Origin: Sulfolobales archaeon
Lineage (GTDB): Archaea > Thermoproteota > Thermoprotei_A > Sulfolobales > AG1
Reading direction: 5' to 3'
DNA length: 64,000 bases
Assembly: GCA_038867615.1 (NCBI GenBank)
Contig: JAWBYA010000001.1
Span: 224,001 to 288,000, forward strand
How positions within the stretch are numbered: position 1 is the stretch's first letter; every line of letters begins with the position of its first letter. The notes below the pieces were generated by a model. The model did not search any database. It saw nothing but the letters and a program-made list of their open reading frames with translations, and had not been told where the DNA came from. Positions 60,225 to 64,000 of this stretch are shown in pieces. Position numbers and translations under genes: made by a program.

Positions 60225-61985
60225 TTATTCGACCTCCACCACGAGATCCACGATCCTTCTCTCTAGAACGCGGTATAAACCCATGTAGGTCACCCTTATC
60301 TCGGGTATCACGGTCAGGCTTAGCAGTTGTATCTCTTGCAACAGCCCCTCAGGATCTTCTGCACCGTGTTCTCTAAGTGTTCTGAAAAGCCCTCCCAGTT
60401 CTGAGGCCACCTCATAATGGCTTTTCGTCGACATGAGCCCCGCTATCCTTAGCTCGATGGAAGCCTCTACCTTAGATCTGTGTGTAAATACTATGCCCCC
60501 GCCAAGTTTTATAGTGGCTTCGATAGCGCTTGTAATGTCTTCTAAAGAGCTCCCAACAGCTATTATGTTGTGGGAGTCGTGGGCTATGCTTGAAGCTATA
60601 GCCCCTTCTATTGGTATATCTACACCAACCCCTGTATAGCTATGCCCGCTTCCATATCTATTAACAACAGATACATATACGACCCCATCGTCAAGGTTTT
60701 TAGCACCGCACTCAAGCCTAACCCTTTCTTCCTTTGTAAGGGTTGTCCCGTGGATCGGTCTCACGGCTCTCACAACAGCTTCTTCACATCCTTTAGGTAG
60801 ATCCAGCGATATTCTTAGATGCGGCGGTGCCTTAATGCTATTGGTTATGATAGGCTCTGATAGAGCTATGGGGTCTTCGTGCCCCAAGTATTTGTGATTC
60901 CTCGCCACGAGTGCTCCATCTACATATACCTCTTCAACAGAGACTTTCTCGAGATCGTTGATCAATATTAGATCTGCATATCTACCAGGAGCTATGGATC
61001 CGAGCCATCTGTGAAGACCGTAGAGGATCGCTGGGGCTATTGTTGCGCTTGCAATAGCCTTCACAGGATCTACGCCGAGCTCTATAGCCCTCCTAACCGC
61101 TCTATCCATATGCCCCTCCCTGGCTATGTGTAGGCAGTGTATATCGTCTGTAGCTATGGGGACTATGTGTGGAAACCTATCTATAGCTCTATAGAGTCTC
61201 TCTAGATCCCTCCAGCTAGAGCCATACCTAACAATAGGGATCATCCCCTTAGAAAGCCTCTCAGAGAGCTCCTCCCAAGATGTAACCTCATGATCATTGC
61301 TTATCCCCAGCGAGATATATGCATCGAGATCCTCACCACTTAGTCCCGCGGCATGGCCCTGGACAATCTGCCTCATAGCTAGCCTTGAGGAGTATTCGAG
61401 GAAAACGTTATCGCCATCGAGCAGGGAGCCTGTGTCCATTATCTCGCCAACGCCGGAGAATCTATCCACATTACCGAGGATCTCGTCATACTTTATCACG
61501 GCCCCACCACGATCAGGAGATCTAAGGCTTGCAGGCACGTTGGGGGGTATTAATAGGAACACCTTGAGGGGTGTTCCGCTGAGCTCTCTAGCCATATACT
61601 CCACACCAGCTAGCCCTGCTACATTAGCTATCTCGTGCGGGTCTGCGAAAACAGTGGTTGTGCCCCTCGAGAGAACCGCTTTGGAGAACTCAGCAGGTCT
61701 GAGGAGTGTGCTCTCTATATGGGTGTGGGCATCTATGAAACCAGGGGCGAGGGTTTTGCCACGCGCATCTATCTCTCTAGTATAGATCCCTCTAGATCTT
61801 CGACATCTACCTACACAGGCTATTATCCTCCCCTTAATAGCTATATTAATATGTTCGATCACATCTCCTCTCCATACATCAACCACAGAGGCGTTTGTTA
61901 TAACCAGATCGGCTGGTTCAAGCCCTAAAGAGGATCTCGAGGCCCTAGCCAACTCCTCGGGCTTGGGCCTAATATCGGCGAGCAC
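60225..61985 (-). CDS. ade: Adenine deaminase
   Basis: PGFIDAHTHIES, DPHEIANV, NDHE, TDD and SIAHDSHN motifs; start refined to GTG 61985. Confidence 0.95.
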   Translation of the reverse strand: MLADIRPKPEELARASRSSLGLEPADLVITNASVVDVWRGDVIEHINIAIKGRIIACVGRCRRSRGIYTREIDARGKTLAPGFIDAHTHIESTLLRPAEFSKAVLSRGTTTVFADPHEIANVAGLAGVEYMARELSGTPLKVFLLIPPNVPASLRSPDRGGAVIKYDEILGNVDRFSGVGEIMDTGSLLDGDNVFLEYSSRLAMRQIVQGHAAGLSGEDLDAYISLGISNDHEVTSWEELSERLSKGMIPIVRYGSSWRDLERLYRAIDRFPHIVPIATDDIHCLHIAREGHMDRAVRRAIELGVDPVKAIASATIAPAILYGLHRWLGSIAPGRYADLILINDLEKVSVEEVYVDGALVARNHKYLGHEDPIALSEPIITNSIKAPPHLRISLDLPKGCEEAVVRAVRPIHGTTLTKEERVRLECGAKNLDDGVVYVSVVNRYGSGHSYTGVGVDIPIEGAIASSIAHDSHNIIAVGSSLEDITSAIEATIKLGGGIVFTHRSKVEASIELRIAGLMSTKSHYEVASELGGLFRTLREHGAEDPEGLLQEIQLLSLTVIPEIRVTYMGLYRVLERRIVDLVVEVE

Positions 61986-62175
61986 AGGCAACAGAGCTCC
62001 TCTACTGTTATTATATGAGAAGTGCTTAAAAATACCAAAGCATTGCCGAATCAAAATACCGATATTTATATACATATGTGTAAAAAAGATGCCTGGGACG
62101 CAGGATCCCGGGTGTTGGTAAACATATCGTGTAGAATATATATTTCTCTAACAAGTATATCTTTGGGATGGCTAT

Positions 62176-62553
62176 ATGCCCACGCTGGATACAATGCTAA
62201 TCCTCGGGCTCATAGTCTTACTCCTCGTGCTAGGTCCTACAAAGCTACCCCAGTTTGCCAAAGCTATTGGAGAGGCTGTGAGGGAGTTTAGAAGGGCATC
62301 ATCCGCCGTTATCGAGGAGCCTCAGCCGCAGAGGGAGGCGTCGAGGGCCCAGCAACCGCATCATGTGCAGCAAACTCAAGAGGCACAGCAAGCCCAGGCA
62401 CCAGCTTCAACAGAGATCGATACCAATAATGCTATTGTTGCGGCCGCCATAAAGGAGGGTATAGATGTTAGGGGTAAGTCTATAGAGCAGATAGCAGAGG
62501 AGCTTGCCAAGAAGCTTAAGGAGAAAAAGGCTGCTGGAGCTAGCTATATGTAG
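62176..62553 (+). CDS. tatA: Twin-arginine translocase TatA/E
   Basis: TM helix followed by GPTKLPQFAKAIGEAVREFRRA amphipathic helix. Confidence 0.92.
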   Translation: MPTLDTMLILGLIVLLLVLGPTKLPQFAKAIGEAVREFRRASSAVIEEPQPQREASRAQQPHHVQQTQEAQQAQAPASTEIDTNNAIVAAAIKEGIDVRGKSIEQIAEELAKKLKEKKAAGASYM

Positions 62554-62617
62554 GGTTAGATTCCTAGCTATATGTGTGTTTTTAGCTCTTATAGTGATTA
62601 CTAACAGGTGTTGAGGG

Positions 62618-63082
62618 ATAAAGAGGATCCCGATAAGGGTTGGTGTTGGAGCGGTTGTTATACATAACGGGAATGTCTTGCTGGTGAAGAGGAGAAATCC
62701 CCCCTCTGCTAATATGTGGAGCATCCCAGGAGGGCATGTAGAGCCTGGCGAGGGTGTTATGGAAGCAGCTGTTAGGGAGCTGTTGGAGGAGACAGGCGTT
62801 GTTGGGAAACCCCTGGGCATTATAGATATCACGGATCTCTTTGTGAAGAATCGGAGGGGAGATCTGGCTGTGAGGTATATTATAATAGATGTTCTTGTCG
62901 AGCCTGTCAAGATAGATCTCAAGCCCGGGAGCGATGCTCTCGACGCTATCTTCATACCCCTTGACAGGGTTTTGGAAATGGATCTCACACCCTCTACTAG
63001 GAGGTTTTTCGAGAAAATGCTCTCTCGAGGTTCGTGCTCTATAGAGCCTTCTGAGGTATATATAGTTGAGGAGATTTTCTAA
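62618..63082 (+). CDS. NUDIX hydrolase, ADP-ribose pyrophosphatase-like
   Basis: Nudix box GGHVEPGE...AAVRELLEETG. The N-terminal strand P.RVGVGAVV is upstream of the track start; start at ATA 62618 is tentative. Confidence 0.88.
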   Translation: MKRIPIRVGVGAVVIHNGNVLLVKRRNPPSANMWSIPGGHVEPGEGVMEAAVRELLEETGVVGKPLGIIDITDLFVKNRRGDLAVRYIIIDVLVEPVKIDLKPGSDALDAIFIPLDRVLEMDLTPSTRRFFEKMLSRGSCSIEPSEVYIVEEIF

Positions 63083-63489
63083 CCCACACTATATCCCGTA
63101 TCTTCGCAAATCCTTCTGAGGTTCTCTACGCTTGTTACTAGGAAGCCTTCTCCTGAGTCTTCGTATATAACCTCGAAACCTATTTCGGATAGAAGATCTG
63201 GTTTGGTCTCGAGGGCTTTCTTAAGGGCGTCTGTGAATCTTGGGAAGCTCTCCGTAGATCTGTATGATTGGAATAACCCATATAGAGAGATCTTGATGCT
63301 CTTCTGACCAGTTATGGCTATATAGTCGAGTATATCTCTGCACCTCCTAGAGAGATACAGCTTTATGGTCTCTATGACAATAACACCCGGATCCTCGGTG
63401 CTCTGTTCATCCCCGCCCAGTCCTGCACCAATGCTCACTAGCAAACCCCTGATCTCTTTGTGAACATGCTTATATAGATCCTGCTCCAC
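63079..63489 (-). CDS. Hypothetical protein
   Basis: Fills the gap with a 4-bp convergent overlap; native codon style. Confidence 0.65.
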   Translation of the reverse strand: MEQDLYKHVHKEIRGLLVSIGAGLGGDEQSTEDPGVIVIETIKLYLSRRCRDILDYIAITGQKSIKISLYGLFQSYRSTESFPRFTDALKKALETKPDLLSEIGFEVIYEDSGEGFLVTSVENLRRICEDTGYSVG

Positions 63490-63556
63490 GGATCCTTGGA
63501 ATTAATCGAAATACCATAGCGGCTGTATTATATTTCGGACTAGCACCATATTATCG

Positions 63557-63997
63557 GTGCCTCTATTGCCCTTCGAGGCTAGGTATAGGGTGTATTGGTC
63601 CGAGACAGATGCTGCCGGAATAGCTCACTTCACCAGCATTCTCAGGATTGTTGAGAGGGCTGAGGAGGATCTATATAGATCTAAGGGGATGGGGGAGGTG
63701 CATAGACTGATACCGAGAATCGAGGTTCATGCCAGGTATAGAAGCCCCCTGAGATGGGGCGACGAGATCAGGGTTAGGCTTGAGCTGGATGAGGCTAGAT
63801 CTAGGGGGCTTAGGTATAGATTCGAGATCTATAACGAGACAACCGGGAAGCATGCTGCCGAGGGCTATGTGGCTTTCGCCTGTGTTGAGAAAGAGGATAA
63901 CGGTATAAGGGCTGTTGAGTGTCCTAAGGAGTTGATAAATCTATGGATGGAGACGAAAGCCGGGTCACAGCCTCACACCACAGATCACAAAGCCTAG
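63557..63997 (+). CDS. 4-HBT/YbgC-like acyl-CoA thioesterase
   Basis: VYWSETDAAGIAHF and YRSPLRWGD motifs. Confidence 0.9.
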   Translation: MPLLPFEARYRVYWSETDAAGIAHFTSILRIVERAEEDLYRSKGMGEVHRLIPRIEVHARYRSPLRWGDEIRVRLELDEARSRGLRYRFEIYNETTGKHAAEGYVAFACVEKEDNGIRAVECPKELINLWMETKAGSQPHTTDHKA

Positions 63998-64000
63998 GGT

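Noticed and set aside
1113-62988. Numerous long antisense or overlapping ORFs in the track (e.g. 1113-1748, 38136-38702, 41805-42431, 62407-62988)
   Set aside because: They are shadows of well-supported genes on the opposite strand and carry no recognisable motifs.

Overview
Chromosomal segment of a hyperthermophile-type crenarchaeote (Thermoprotei), judged from Alba, eS24/eS31, uL11-uL1-uL10, PoK/PPS, GatCAB and a CCA-encoding tRNA-Arg. About 55 genes are mostly housekeeping or transport. The unusual content is non-coding. (1) Family A is a five-copy dispersed ~215-340 bp CRISPR-leader-like element with a conserved TATA box and a GGAGC-N3-GCTCC palindrome. Three copies (8.9, 11.4, 15.1 kb) end in one 24-nt Sulfolobales-type CRISPR repeat (GTCGATCTACTATAGAATTGAAAG) with no array. 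Two copies (50.6, 58.8 kb) lack the repeat, and one of these sits directly upstream of a stand-alone cas6. (2) Two degenerate copies of the same repeat lie within the 3' ends of the convergent mvk and type IIG-like R-M genes, pointing antisense into each gene. (3) Family B is a second MITE-like element with subterminal inverted repeats, and one copy is nested inside a family A copy. Other points: three genes appear to need non-canonical CTG/ATA starts, a GMP-reductase-like GuaB homolog is paired with purA, and an uncharacterised membrane protein is duplicated. All alignments were made by eye and no database searches were run.
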